A DNA stretch of 61,774 nt, counting the filler, from Myxococcota bacterium (GTDB lineage: Bacteria; Myxococcota_C; UBA6777): assembly GCA_023150835.1 (NCBI GenBank). It is 4 parts of 4 records of this genome, joined end to end, with 100 filler letters (N's around TTAATTAATTAA, not from the genome) between each part and the next. Parts side by side here need not be neighbours in the genome. Positions count along the whole stretch, not along the records: positions 33,354 to 51,288 come from JAKLKB010000177.1; positions 51,389 to 61,774 come from JAKLKB010000178.1; 2 more parts are not named here. One strand, given 5' to 3'. Position numbers and translations under genes: made by a program. Positions 50,805 to 60,824 of the stretch are shown here, one piece after another. Below the pieces are notes generated by a model, which had not been told where the DNA came from, did no database searches, and saw only the letters and a list, made by a program, of their open reading frames with translations. Positions within the stretch are counted from its first letter, which is position 1. Each line of letters starts with the position of its first letter.

Positions 50805-50923
50805 AAAAAGCCATGTTCGCGCCAGATCAAGCGAGAGAGTCGTTTGTGTGAAAAGCGTTTGTTCGTCTCGCCGATGCGGGGTCAAGGGGCGGGAGGTCCC
50901 TTGTGGGGTGTGGGGCGCTGCCC
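50805..50923 (+). repeat. Family B element ending in the IS target GGGCGCTGCCC
   Basis: AAAAAAGCCATGTTCGCGC..GGGGTCAAGGGG..GGGGTGTGGGGCGCTGCCC. Confidence 0.8.
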
Positions 50924-51163
50924 CATACGCGCTAGGTTAGCGCTATAGATACTTGAAAAGACAAAAAAAAGGATATGCTTCATGGTTCAAACCCTTTTTT
51001 CCAACAGAGGAGAAAAGCCATGAAGCACACCCAAAAAGAACATACCTCGTCTCTTCTTTTCGAGCAACAACGTACACCGATCGAAGAGCTTGCACAGAAG
51101 CACGGCATTTTGAAGCGGAGGAGACAGATCCGCTGCATCGGTGAGCTCTTTACCACAAGATGA
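50924..51163 (+). mobile_element. Left end and truncated transposase N-terminus (51020-51163) of an IS4-family element
   Basis: End CATACGCGCTAGGTTAGC directly after GGG-N5-CCC; GAGGAG RBS; IEELAQKHGILKRRRQI resembles IS4 transposase N-termini. Confidence 0.6.
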
Positions 51164-51288
51164 GCGGGAAGGCTCCCACCACAGGCGTGTGTGAGCGAAG
51201 CGAACAGGCTTGGTGGGAGATGAAAGCGAATGCTTCGGGTGCTTCGGGTGCTTCGGAGGCTTCAGAAAGAATTGGGTTGCAGAAATCG

Positions 51289-51388
51289 NNNNNNNNNNNN
51301 NNNNNNNNNNNNNNNNNNNNNNNNNNNNNNNNTTAATTAATTAANNNNNNNNNNNNNNNNNNNNNNNNNNNNNNNNNNNNNNNNNNNN
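51289..51388. other. Artificial contig linker
   Basis: N runs around TTAATTAATTAA. Confidence 0.99.
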
Positions 51389-51519
51389 GCCCTGTGATTG
51401 GGCAGCCACACCTGTCTGCCCCTACTTTTTCACGTACTTCACGGACGGAACTCGTAGAAACTGTTTGCTTTGAAAAAAGCAGCCGTCAAAGCGAACAGTC
51501 CGGAGCAGAAACCTCGTTA

Positions 51520-51630
51520 CGCAGGGAACTATGGGGTTCCACCCCACGCCCCGCAAGGGGTCGCAGCCCCCTTGACCCCGTATCGGCGGAGCGGATAAAA
51601 GTGTTTCAAACGAACGACTCTGCCGCGTGA
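51520..51630 (-). repeat. Family B element (a GTAG-REP hairpin also lies at 51389-51425)
   Basis: GGGGTTCCACCCCACGCCCCGCAAGGGG..CCCCTTGACCCCG. Confidence 0.78.
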
Positions 51631-51804
51631 AGCCTCCTCCGCTCGACAAAGACCTTGTGCAGGCTTAGTTAGAACAAGGCTCGACAACTCAAAAACGCGC
51701 CACACGGCACCGCTTTTCCCTAAAACTGCCTCGCTTTGTGCGATGCCCTCTTGAAGTCGCGGCCCAAAGACCCGTTCTACCGCCCAAACCAAGGACGATC
51801 CATC

Positions 51805-52221
51805 ATGATCAAGAAACTCGATCACATCGCCATCGCCGTACGCAACATCGAAACCGCCTCCAAGTTTTATACTGAGCATCTTGGCCTATCCATCGCCAAG
51901 ATCGAAGAAGTCCCCACCGAAAAAGTGCGCGTCGCCTTTATTCAAGTCGGCGATATCTGGATCGAATTACTTGAACCCACTGCGGAGGATTCCCCGATCT
52001 CCAAATTCCTCGACAAACGCGGCGAAGGACTCCATCACCTCTGTCTTCAAACCCACGATATCCAAGAATCGATCACAAACCTCCACCAACACGGTGTCCG
52101 TATGCTCGATGAATCGCCGCGAATCGGTGCAAAAGGAACCCAAGTCGCTTTCGTGCATCCCAAGGCCAACGCTGGCGTCTTAACCGAGCTTGTCCAATAC
52201 CCCGAAGGCGAAAGCCACTAG
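51805..52221 (+). CDS. mce: Methylmalonyl-CoA epimerase
   Basis: DHIAIAV, IELLEP, SPISKFL.KRGEGLHH, AFVHPK..GVLTELV. Confidence 0.95.
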   Translation: MIKKLDHIAIAVRNIETASKFYTEHLGLSIAKIEEVPTEKVRVAFIQVGDIWIELLEPTAEDSPISKFLDKRGEGLHHLCLQTHDIQESITNLHQHGVRMLDESPRIGAKGTQVAFVHPKANAGVLTELVQYPEGESH

Positions 52222-52405
52222 GCTCTGTTGGCTGCGCTTGACCGCTCCCTCGATCACAAGACAAGGCGCGTCAACCCAAACGAACCGCTCTCGCACCCAA
52301 GCAAACCTCTCTCGATTCGGTTGAGCGCACTGATCCGTTCCTTCGATCACAAAAGCCTCAAACGAGGCTGTTGACCCAACACCGCACACGACAGGAGCCC
52401 AAACC

Positions 52406-53674
52406 TTGCTCACCACATCCACAAATCACCCATCCAACGCCCTCCCCCAAGAAGTCCTCACCCACGCCGCGATGCGCGCTTTCTTTGAAATGGCTTACAA
52501 ACCCCGTGAACGGTGGCGGATCGGTTGCGAATACGAGATGAGCGGCGTCTTCAAAGACGACCTCCAACCCCTACCCTTTCGCGGCGAGCGCAGTATCGCG
52601 TACATCACCGACCGCTTGCGTCAGCGCTACGGTGAAAAAGATCCCTCCGTAGAAAACGGCTATTACTACGGCTTTACTCTCCCCTACGGCCACATCTCTC
52701 TCGAACCCGGCGGACAAATCGAGTTTTCTTCCCATCCCGTCGCACAGATCGCCGAGATGGAAACCGCCTTCCGCCAATTCCTTTACGACGTCTGCACGCT
52801 CGGCGAAGAGATCGGCGTCCACTTCTTTATCGCGGGTGTCGATCCCTTCCACGACGTCACACAGATCCCTTGGAGCGAAAAAGGCCGATACAAGGTCATG
52901 CGCGAATATCTGATCAAGCGGGGACGCTTCGCCCATCACATGATGAAACAAACCATGTCTTTGCAGTTCAACATCGACTACGCCGACGAAGCCGATGCTG
53001 TCCAAAAATACATGACGGCTCTCCGCCTTTATCCCACCCTCGAGTTTCTCACCTACAACTCCTTTGTCTACAATAACACCATCCTCGATCATCCTTTCCG
53101 CCCCAAGATCTGGACCGAAATGGACCCCGACCGCTCTGGTCTTCCTCCAAGCATCCGTAGCTTCGACGATTACATCGATTACGCCCTTGATGTCCCGATC
53201 TTTTTCCTCAACCGCGCAGCATCCATCCTCCCCGTCGCCAATGGAACCACCTTCCGCCAATTCATGCAGAGCGGATTCCAAGGACACACCGCCACTTACG
53301 CCGATTGGACTCTCCACCTCTCCACCCTCTTCCCCGAAGTTCGCTTCAAAAAAAACGCCCTCGAACTACGCATGTTCGATGGCAACCGCCCTGAGATGCT
53401 ATTTGCCTTTGCAACCCTCGTTCGCGCAATCTTCTATCACACCGAAGCGATCGAGGCTATCGCTAACCAGACCTTCGACCGCTCTTGGGATGCCGCCGAA
53501 CGCCTTCTCTCTCTCACCCAACAATACACCCCCGCCGAAGAACAACATTACCTCCTCCCCCTCCAAAAAGAACTCCAACGCCGCACACAGCCCGGACTCC
53601 TCGCCGTTGAACACTTCCGCAATCACAACCTCGATCCCCACGCCCTCCTCGCTTACCTTCGCATCCAACCCTGA
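52406..53674 (+). CDS. gshA: Glutamate--cysteine ligase (GCS2, plant/alphaproteobacterial type)
   Basis: IGCEYE, ISLEPGGQIEFS, KGRY..M, LQFNIDY, HLSTLFPEVR.K..LELR..D. Confidence 0.9.
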   Translation: MLTTSTNHPSNALPQEVLTHAAMRAFFEMAYKPRERWRIGCEYEMSGVFKDDLQPLPFRGERSIAYITDRLRQRYGEKDPSVENGYYYGFTLPYGHISLEPGGQIEFSSHPVAQIAEMETAFRQFLYDVCTLGEEIGVHFFIAGVDPFHDVTQIPWSEKGRYKVMREYLIKRGRFAHHMMKQTMSLQFNIDYADEADAVQKYMTALRLYPTLEFLTYNSFVYNNTILDHPFRPKIWTEMDPDRSGLPPSIRSFDDYIDYALDVPIFFLNRAASILPVANGTTFRQFMQSGFQGHTATYADWTLHLSTLFPEVRFKKNALELRMFDGNRPEMLFAFATLVRAIFYHTEAIEAIANQTFDRSWDAAERLLSLTQQYTPAEEQHYLLPLQKELQRRTQPGLLAVEHFRNHNLDPHALLAYLRIQP

Positions 53675-53699
53675 TCCTTGCAGGATCAAAGTGGCCTGT

Positions 53700-53830
53700 T
53701 CACCCGATTTTGTGGGGTTTCACCCCACGCCCCACAAGGGAGCGCTGCCCCCTTGACCCCGTCTTGGGCGAACAGATCGCTGGTTTTCCAATCCAGCAAC
53801 GCTCTCGCTCCAAGTTGAGGCGCAAAAGAG
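53700..53830 (-). repeat. Family B element
   Basis: TTTGTGGGGTTTCACCCCACGCCCCACAAGGG..CCCCTTGACCCCG. Confidence 0.8.
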
Positions 53831-53837
53831 CTGTCGC

Positions 53838-54326
53838 TCACTTCCGAAATGAGGCGATATAGGCTGTAGTGTGGGCGCAAAGAGAAGTTGCAAAAGCTGT
53901 AAAGCCGAATCCTTGGTTTGGCTCTCGATAAACTCCTTGCAACCCGCTCTCTTGTTCGGAAAGAAGAAGGCAAGCTCGATCATACAAACGTTCTCTCACG
54001 AGACGCTCGCAAAACAGTTCGTAGCGCCTAGCATACGAAGAATCCCTGAATTCCTCGAATGCTGTGACGACAAGATCCCAATCTTTGGTGGGGCGAAAAT
54101 AACCGGGCAATGTTGTGGCGGTTGTGTGGATCGCCTCTCTAGGCAGGCCGGACTCGCAAAGCAAATCGACCAAAAGGTTTGCAAAACCGTCCAAGTGCCG
54201 CCCTCCCGTGACGGCTCTTCGATTGCCAGAGTCTCTTCTCCCTGATGTTCGGCCTTGCGCTTGCTGTTGCTGGGTTCTTGTTTCCCAAAAGAACCTCACA
54301 GCCTGCTCGACACGGTGTTTATCCAT
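53838..54326 (-). pseudogene. XhoI/PaeR7I-family restriction endonuclease with in-frame internal deletion
   Basis: AV..FW.TR, R.AVTGG.HLDGF, LPGYFRPTKDWDLVV joined directly to FEEF..SSYARRY..C.RLVRERLY; E.KSQ.GSFGNN core absent. Confidence 0.85.
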
Positions 54327-54756
54327 CGGATGGGCTCCTTGTGGTTTTGAGCACCATGCGAGAAAACAAAGAAACGCTTGCGTTTTGGATGCGCGTTTGC
54401 GCCATATCGAGATAGCGTGGATCGACTTCGATACCGATGGAATGCCGCCCCCACCTCGCGGCAGCGACAACGGTCGTCCCCGTACCCACAAAGGGATCAA
54501 GCACAGTATCCCCAACAAAAGAAAACATACGGATCAACCGCTCGGCGAGCTCTTCGGGGTAAGGGGCAGGATGATTGCGGGTAGAAGCTCCCGTCAAACC
54601 AGACCAAATCGATTGAAACCACCGTTTGTGATTCTCTTCGGAGATCACCGACAAGACACGCCACACGCATCGAGATCCCTTGTGCAGCCGAGGGCGGAGA
54701 TTGCGATGGATGCGATGCCATCGGTGGTTGCGCAGGATTTGGCGCGTCAGAGGCAT
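54319..54756 (-). pseudogene. Beta-class N6/N4 DNA methyltransferase, C-terminal part only
   Basis: HPAPYP..LAERLIRMFS..GDTVLDPFVGTGTT present; SPPY/DPPY catalytic motif absent. Confidence 0.85.
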
Positions 54757-55108
54757 GGGGCGACAACGGTTGTGGTTGAGAAGACGATGCAGAGGCCTGT
54801 GGGCCTTGCAAAAGAGGCGCGTGTGGATCTTGTGCGAAGGGTTGGCGTGCCAGAAAGCGCGCCAGTTCTTCTGACGGAAAGCGCATATCCTGTGTGGTCT
54901 TGTCCAAAGCTACCTCGGAAATAGACAGCGGGGCTTGTTGGTTGACGTCACGTTGGGCGAGGGAGGCTTGTTGGGCAACGTCACTTCCATCCAACCGATC
55001 TGCTGGGAAATCCATCATCTGCGTGCCCTTTTGCTTTTCTCCTGTGTGCTATGGACTTTTTGCGGGGTGCGCCGACAACAAAAAATCAGAACACGAAGAA
55101 GACGAGCA

Positions 55109-55600
55109 TCAGCCTTGGCAGGAGCATTGGAGGGGTTTGAGAGGTTCGGTGGAAATGGAGGTGGCGCGTTCGCGGGCTTTTTCGATGTCATCAAGGCTCA
55201 TGCCGAGCGCAAGCTGAACCGACCGCAGCAGCTTGCTTTCGCGCACATCGACGTACTTGTCAGCGAGCAAGATCCGCCAGAGATCTTCGATCAAAGACAG
55301 TTTGTCCTCTTGGGAAAAGCCGCTGGCGACGGTCTTTGTGCAAGGCCGATGGTCGTAATCTTTTTGCATCATCTCATGGGCTTGGCGCAACAAAAGCAAC
55401 GCCTCTTCTTCTTTGAGGCTCAACCGCTCTTGGACGATGTGTTTGATCATCTGCATCTCGCGCTCGTCCAGTTGAGCGTCAGCGTAGGCCATCTCGACAA
55501 GTAGCCCAACAAAGGCCATCTCACGAGACAAACAAGGAGCCTCTTTGCCTGTTTTTTTGGCAGGAAAGAAGCGAGAAAAAAGCGAGGACAACGGGATCAT
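55109..55600 (-). CDS. TerB family protein
   Basis: LLVEMAYADAQLDERE, LWRILLADKYVDVRESKLLR. Confidence 0.88.
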   Translation of the reverse strand: MIPLSSLFSRFFPAKKTGKEAPCLSREMAFVGLLVEMAYADAQLDEREMQMIKHIVQERLSLKEEEALLLLRQAHEMMQKDYDHRPCTKTVASGFSQEDKLSLIEDLWRILLADKYVDVRESKLLRSVQLALGMSLDDIEKARERATSISTEPLKPLQCSCQG

Positions 55601-57234
55601 AGTCGTTTGTTCTTCCTTGGCATCGAGGGGACGGGCATTTTCCCCGAGGAGGATTGGATCACACGCAGCGCACGTTCAGCAGCTTGGCGGATGATCGGTT
55701 CGTGGGCTGTAAGCTGCTTTTGCAAAGCAGGGATCGCTGCGACGGCTTGGGGTCCATACCAACGCAGCGCAGCAATCGCCCCATAGCGCACTTGCCACTG
55801 CCCGTCAAGCAAGGCGCGGATCAATTCGGATATCGCGTGCTTTGCGGGCCAATAGCGCAAAAGATCCCGTCCGATGGTCGGGATCGCAAACGCTGCCGAA
55901 CGCCGAACTTGCCATTGGGTATGATGCAGCCCTTGCAAAAGGCCCAAAGCCGCAGGAGCCGCAGCAGGCCCGATCGCCCCCAGCGCATCGATCGCCGCCA
56001 CCCGCCACCACCACGAGTCCAACAAAGCTGCTTTGCGCAACGCTGGCACCGCTGCTTTGCCGATCCGACTCAACGTCCATATCGCACCTTGGCGCAAGGC
56101 CGCTTGGGGCGCATTGAGATAAGGGATGAGCGCATCTACCGCAGAAGCCCCCGATTGTTCGGCGCTTCCGACAGCCAAGATCGCAGCCTCTTGGACAAGG
56201 AGGTCTTTGTCTTCGAGAGCCTTGCGCAAGATCGCAAAGAATGCGGGGTGTTGTGCGCGTTCTTCCAAAGCTTTGATCGCCGCCAACCGCACTTCTCTTC
56301 GCGGATCACGCAACGCCTTTTGCAACACCACCAAACTCCGCTCCCCGATCTGCGCCAAGGTATGCCCCGCCGCCATCCGCACCGGCAACTCAAGATCCGC
56401 CAACGCCGCCCCAAGATCCCCCACCAACGGCTCCACCACATCCCCCAACCCTGCAAGCATACCGCCCCATCCCGCGAGCGTTTTTGCCACCAATGTCCGC
56501 GTCAGATAATCCTTGCTTTTGAGCAGATCACGCAGTCGACCGATCAACGCATCCGTCTGGGGCGATGCCTTGACGGATCTCGGAAACATCGGTCGGATCG
56601 CAACGATGGCCTCTTGATGGACGGAGGTATGGGGATCGCGCAGCGCATGAAGCAAAGTCGGCAAAGCAGACCGCGCACGCACGCCCAAACGCCCCAAAGC
56701 CTCCACCGCCGCAACCCGCACTTCGGGTCGTGTGTCATGCACCAACGACACCAACCACGGAAAACACTTGGCAAAGCCTCTCTCGTGTTGTGCGGCTTGA
56801 AACAACACTTGCACCGCCGCCATCCGCACCCTCCAATGCGACTCAAGGCTCGCCGCTCTTACCCATGACAGATGCGGCCCGATCTCTTTGGCCCCCACAT
56901 CACCGAGCGCAAGCAACGCCGCCCGCCGAATCACAGACGATCCGTCCTTCAACGCCCCAAGCAGCGTCGGGATCGCAGATTTCCCTTTATGTCCCAATCG
57001 ACCGATCGCATCGAGGTATTCGACCTTTGCAGAGACTGTCGATGCCGCCTGATAGCTCCGCACCAAAGCCTTCCATGATGGATCTCCCCCTGCTTCCGAT
57101 ATCCCAAGCCATCCCCACAACACCAGCCAAACGCACACACACCACGCCACGCCTTGCTGCAAAAAGCCCCTCACAACGCGCTCTCTTCGCCACAACACGA
57201 TCTCACCAAAAAACATCTCTGTCTGACTTTCCAT
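55597..57234 (-). CDS. Exported HEAT/PBS-lyase-like repeat protein (start uncertain)
   Basis: About 12 LxDxxxxVRxAAxxALGxIG repeats after a hydrophobic signal-like segment. Confidence 0.9.
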   Translation of the reverse strand: MESQTEMFFGEIVLWRRERVVRGFLQQGVAWCVCVWLVLWGWLGISEAGGDPSWKALVRSYQAASTVSAKVEYLDAIGRLGHKGKSAIPTLLGALKDGSSVIRRAALLALGDVGAKEIGPHLSWVRAASLESHWRVRMAAVQVLFQAAQHERGFAKCFPWLVSLVHDTRPEVRVAAVEALGRLGVRARSALPTLLHALRDPHTSVHQEAIVAIRPMFPRSVKASPQTDALIGRLRDLLKSKDYLTRTLVAKTLAGWGGMLAGLGDVVEPLVGDLGAALADLELPVRMAAGHTLAQIGERSLVVLQKALRDPRREVRLAAIKALEERAQHPAFFAILRKALEDKDLLVQEAAILAVGSAEQSGASAVDALIPYLNAPQAALRQGAIWTLSRIGKAAVPALRKAALLDSWWWRVAAIDALGAIGPAAAPAALGLLQGLHHTQWQVRRSAAFAIPTIGRDLLRYWPAKHAISELIRALLDGQWQVRYGAIAALRWYGPQAVAAIPALQKQLTAHEPIIRQAAERALRVIQSSSGKMPVPSMPRKNKRL

Positions 57235-57509
57235 CGCTACCACAAACTCCGCAAGATTCGTATGTTCCGAGCCAAAGACACCGAAGCAGCACGCCCCAAC
57301 GCCTCGCAAAGGCTGTTATGGTGGAGCAGAGTCCACTCCAATGCAACCCTCCGCTGCTTCGCGATCCTCCGCTGCTTCTGCGCAAGGCGCTCGGCGCTTG
57401 CATCTTAGCCCCCAAACCCCGATGTTCTGAGAGCGGCAACTCTTTTGCCGATGTCGCTTGGACGGGTGAGAACGCGGGGGTTTTTGGCAACCGCGCAAGC
57501 CTATGCTTT

Positions 57510-57769
57510 ATACGATCTCCGAGAGAAGTGTGCTTAAAGGATAGGTGCGATCCGCTGTAGACGCCCTGTAGTTGGGCAGCCACAGGGGGCTGCCCCTACA
57601 TATTGGCGCACACGATGGGAAGATTTCGTATGTTTTTTTCTGGATAGGAGAGGATGGATGCGATAGACGCCCTGTGGTTGGGCAGCCACAGGGGGCTGCC
57701 CCTACATATTGGCGCACACGATGGGAAGATTTCGTATGTTTTTTCTGGATAGGAGAGGATGGATGCGAT
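57510..57769 (-). repeat. Family A element with a 106-bp tandem duplication that includes the next gene's RBS
   Basis: TAGACGCCCTGT..GGGCAGCCACAGGGGGCTGCCCCTAC..AGGAGAGGATGGATGCGAT at 57558 and 57664. Confidence 0.88.
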
Positions 57770-60700
57770 TGGGTTTGTGTTTGTGGTGTTGGGTGGGTTT
57801 GTGTTTGTGGCTTCCAGCGCAGGCGCACGCTCACACCAATCTGTATATCCCGCTCACCTTGCAAGAAGCTCTGCCGAACAATCCCGATAGTCCGACATTT
57901 CAACTGATCAAAGGCATGGATCGTTTGGATGAACCCGTCACGTTCACGATCCCGCTCGATCCCGATCTTGAAAGCATCAACTATGTGCTGATCGGCGCAA
58001 AGTACGCCCAGATCACACCTCTGACCGCATGGCCGAATGGAAGACCCCGCTGGATCAAGATCCATTCGCTTGTCGATCTGCGTGGCGGGGAACAATACCA
58101 AAAGATGTTCTTTACCCTCGGCGAAGGGAACCTCACCGCGCCCGATATGGCGAAAGATTCACCCGACAAGATCACAGTCGACACAGGGGCCGCCCAATTC
58201 ACTGTCCGAAAAACCCAATTCAACGGCCTCGATCAAGTCCAGATCGGCGAGACCACGCTTTTACGCAACGCCCCGCTGTCTGGTCTGATCGCCGAAGATG
58301 CCGACGGCAAGACCTATTCTGCCGAGTCCGATCCAAACCTACGCGCCGTCATCGAAGAAAATGGCTCTGTTCGTTCAATCCTGCGTATCCAAGGGACATT
58401 GCGCAACACCGCCCAAGAAAGCCTAGCGGATTTCACCCTCCGTCTGGCCTTTACACGCTCCCGATCGGACGTTCGTCTCACGCTCACACTCCAAAATGCC
58501 AGCAAACAGCGCATCCGCCATCTTCGTTTGCGTAGCCTGCGCTTTTCCCTTGCAAGCAAGATCAGCGCACCACGCACCACCTTTTCAACGCACACCACCC
58601 CGTTCTCCACCACTCTCCAATCCAACGACGCTCCCGTCACCCTATTTCAAGGGCGCAATCGCCTCCCCACCCTTGGACTCGATCTCTATCCTGCGGACAA
58701 ACACCCCGCACGCTCCGATGGATACACCCTCCAACAAGCACAACAGCCCCTTGCTTCGGGAACAGCAGCACAACCCATCGCTCTGTTTTTTGCTCAACTC
58801 TCCGCAACACAACCCGACCAAGGCGTGATCACCTTCGGTACGCGCTTCGCGGCACAATACGCCCCCCAAAGCCTAGAGATCAACGCCGACGGGCGCTTCA
58901 CCCTTTACGCCCTGCCACCACAGATCGGCCACACTTACACCTTGCGCTTTGGAAGCCACCACACCACCGAACACCTCTTGGACTTCGCCACCAAAACGAC
59001 CGATGCTTCGGCCTCTTTCTTTCGTTATCAATATCCGCTCGTGATCCGCCCCAAGACACCCGAGTGGCACAATGAAGCCTTCTCCGCAGGCATCGATCGC
59101 CTGATCTCATTTAAGGAAGAAGAAAGCTACTTCACCGCCCGCAACTGGAAGGTGACAGGCGATCCCCTCGCGATCCAAGATCGCCGCCCACAATTTGCTC
59201 CTGTGCGCGCCCTTCAATGGGACGCGACCGCACCGCTACTCCATGACCCCGCACGCATCGACCTCTTGAACTATTTTCGCCAAGAAGCCCCTCACGCAGG
59301 AACCTATTATCTCCAAGCCCGCCAACGACTCGCGTATTATGCCGATCAATCGGTCTTCCACAGCGACGACTTTGAGGCTTCGGATCGCTGTCAACAAGCC
59401 GCTGCCCTCTGTAAAAACAACCAACCCACCCCCGATGCCGATCTCGCAGGAGCCGAGGGCCTACCGCCCTTCCAACCGCGCTTTCCGATCCATGACCGTC
59501 ACGCTTACAGCCTTGCTCTCGGCTATCACACCACAGGCGATCCCCGCCTGCGCGATGCTTTTTTGGCGTGGGGCGAACACCTCCTGTACGAAAACCAACA
59601 AGAACCCACCGAGACCCTCCGCTCTTATGCGTGGAAGCTGCTCAACCTAACAAAGCTGTATGTGATCTCGAAAGAAGCTCGCTACCAACAAGCAGCTTGG
59701 GCGCTCTTGCAACGCGAAAGCCTTGACAAATCGGCCAAAGTCGGAGAGTCGAGCGGCACCGATTGGAGGCGCGGTTTTTTTGTGCCTTCGTCACAAGCCA
59801 AAGAGGCCCAACGCATCCAAAGCACCGAAGAGATCGCCGAACTGCTGTTGCGTGCCTATGCCAGTTTTCTCGATGACGCGGCCCTCGACGAGACACAACG
59901 CGACAAGACACGCAGCTTGCTCGAAGGTCTTGCTCGCTTTGTTTCACATGAGCTTTGGCGTCCAAACACCCAAAACCCTGCTGCATCGGGCTATCCCAAG
60001 CAATATAACCTCGATACAGCCCCACCCATCGACCCCACCACGCTTCCTGACTGGCAAGACGGCTTGCGGGCGGGATACCTCGGCTTTTTCTTCACCTACC
60101 TTTTTTCCCGAGACAAGCGCTGGTTAGAAAGCGCTGAACGCCTTCAAGAAGCCACCGCCAACAACCAAGCCAAACGCGCAGATCTGCCCGATCATCCGTC
60201 TCGACAAACCCTTCACCACGCCCAAGAAGCCACCATCCTCTATGCCGCTTGGCGTCCACTGCCTTTGCGCATCGACCGCGAAAGCGATGGCACCTACATC
60301 TTGCGTTGGCTCGCCCCACCCGCCGCCAAAACCTACCAGTTCAAATACGCCCAAACACCGATCGTCGACTGGCTTGATTACAACCCACAAACCCGCACCT
60401 TCGGCAAAGATCCCGCCCAACATACCGCGTTTTTCGCCGCCCAAGATATCCTCCAAGAACCCACTCCCACCGAGCACGGTACACTCCAGTCCATCCGACC
60501 CGACAAACTCCCCAAAGATCAGCCTCTGTTCTTTGCCGCACGCTACGCCAGTACCGACCCCCGCGCTCCGACCCCCCTCGATCCCGAAGCCGATCTCGAA
60601 GCTCTCCAAGAATCCCCATCCACCGAGACCACCGCTGATGCCTCGGTCGACGCCTTGACCGATACCCTCACCGACAACCCCCCCCAAGATCCCACTCCAC

Positions 60701-60813
60701 CCCACAACGGATGCCGCTGCGAAGCCCTCTCTCCCCACGAAGGGCTTGTCTGGCTCGGCCTGTTCGGACTCTTGCTTACGTACCGCAAAAGACGCATAGT
60801 CCCCGAAAGATAA
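57763..60813 (+). CDS. Large surface protein: PcRGLX/YetA-like N-terminal domains, helical barrel-like core, MYXO-CTERM-like sorting tail
   Basis: Signal peptide AQAHA; WPNG..RW, ITVDTG..F.V, IEENG.VR; C-terminal GCRC + TM + RKRR. Confidence 0.75.
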   Translation: MRLGLCLWCWVGLCLWLPAQAHAHTNLYIPLTLQEALPNNPDSPTFQLIKGMDRLDEPVTFTIPLDPDLESINYVLIGAKYAQITPLTAWPNGRPRWIKIHSLVDLRGGEQYQKMFFTLGEGNLTAPDMAKDSPDKITVDTGAAQFTVRKTQFNGLDQVQIGETTLLRNAPLSGLIAEDADGKTYSAESDPNLRAVIEENGSVRSILRIQGTLRNTAQESLADFTLRLAFTRSRSDVRLTLTLQNASKQRIRHLRLRSLRFSLASKISAPRTTFSTHTTPFSTTLQSNDAPVTLFQGRNRLPTLGLDLYPADKHPARSDGYTLQQAQQPLASGTAAQPIALFFAQLSATQPDQGVITFGTRFAAQYAPQSLEINADGRFTLYALPPQIGHTYTLRFGSHHTTEHLLDFATKTTDASASFFRYQYPLVIRPKTPEWHNEAFSAGIDRLISFKEEESYFTARNWKVTGDPLAIQDRRPQFAPVRALQWDATAPLLHDPARIDLLNYFRQEAPHAGTYYLQARQRLAYYADQSVFHSDDFEASDRCQQAAALCKNNQPTPDADLAGAEGLPPFQPRFPIHDRHAYSLALGYHTTGDPRLRDAFLAWGEHLLYENQQEPTETLRSYAWKLLNLTKLYVISKEARYQQAAWALLQRESLDKSAKVGESSGTDWRRGFFVPSSQAKEAQRIQSTEEIAELLLRAYASFLDDAALDETQRDKTRSLLEGLARFVSHELWRPNTQNPAASGYPKQYNLDTAPPIDPTTLPDWQDGLRAGYLGFFFTYLFSRDKRWLESAERLQEATANNQAKRADLPDHPSRQTLHHAQEATILYAAWRPLPLRIDRESDGTYILRWLAPPAAKTYQFKYAQTPIVDWLDYNPQTRTFGKDPAQHTAFFAAQDILQEPTPTEHGTLQSIRPDKLPKDQPLFFAARYASTDPRAPTPLDPEADLEALQESPSTETTADASVDALTDTLTDNPPQDPTPPHNGCRCEALSPHEGLVWLGLFGLLLTYRKRRIVPER

Positions 60814-60824
60814 ACAGATGATGT

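Noticed and set aside
54497-55018. 173-aa ORF as the methyltransferase N-terminus
   Set aside because: Low-complexity sequence in a different frame with no MTase motifs.
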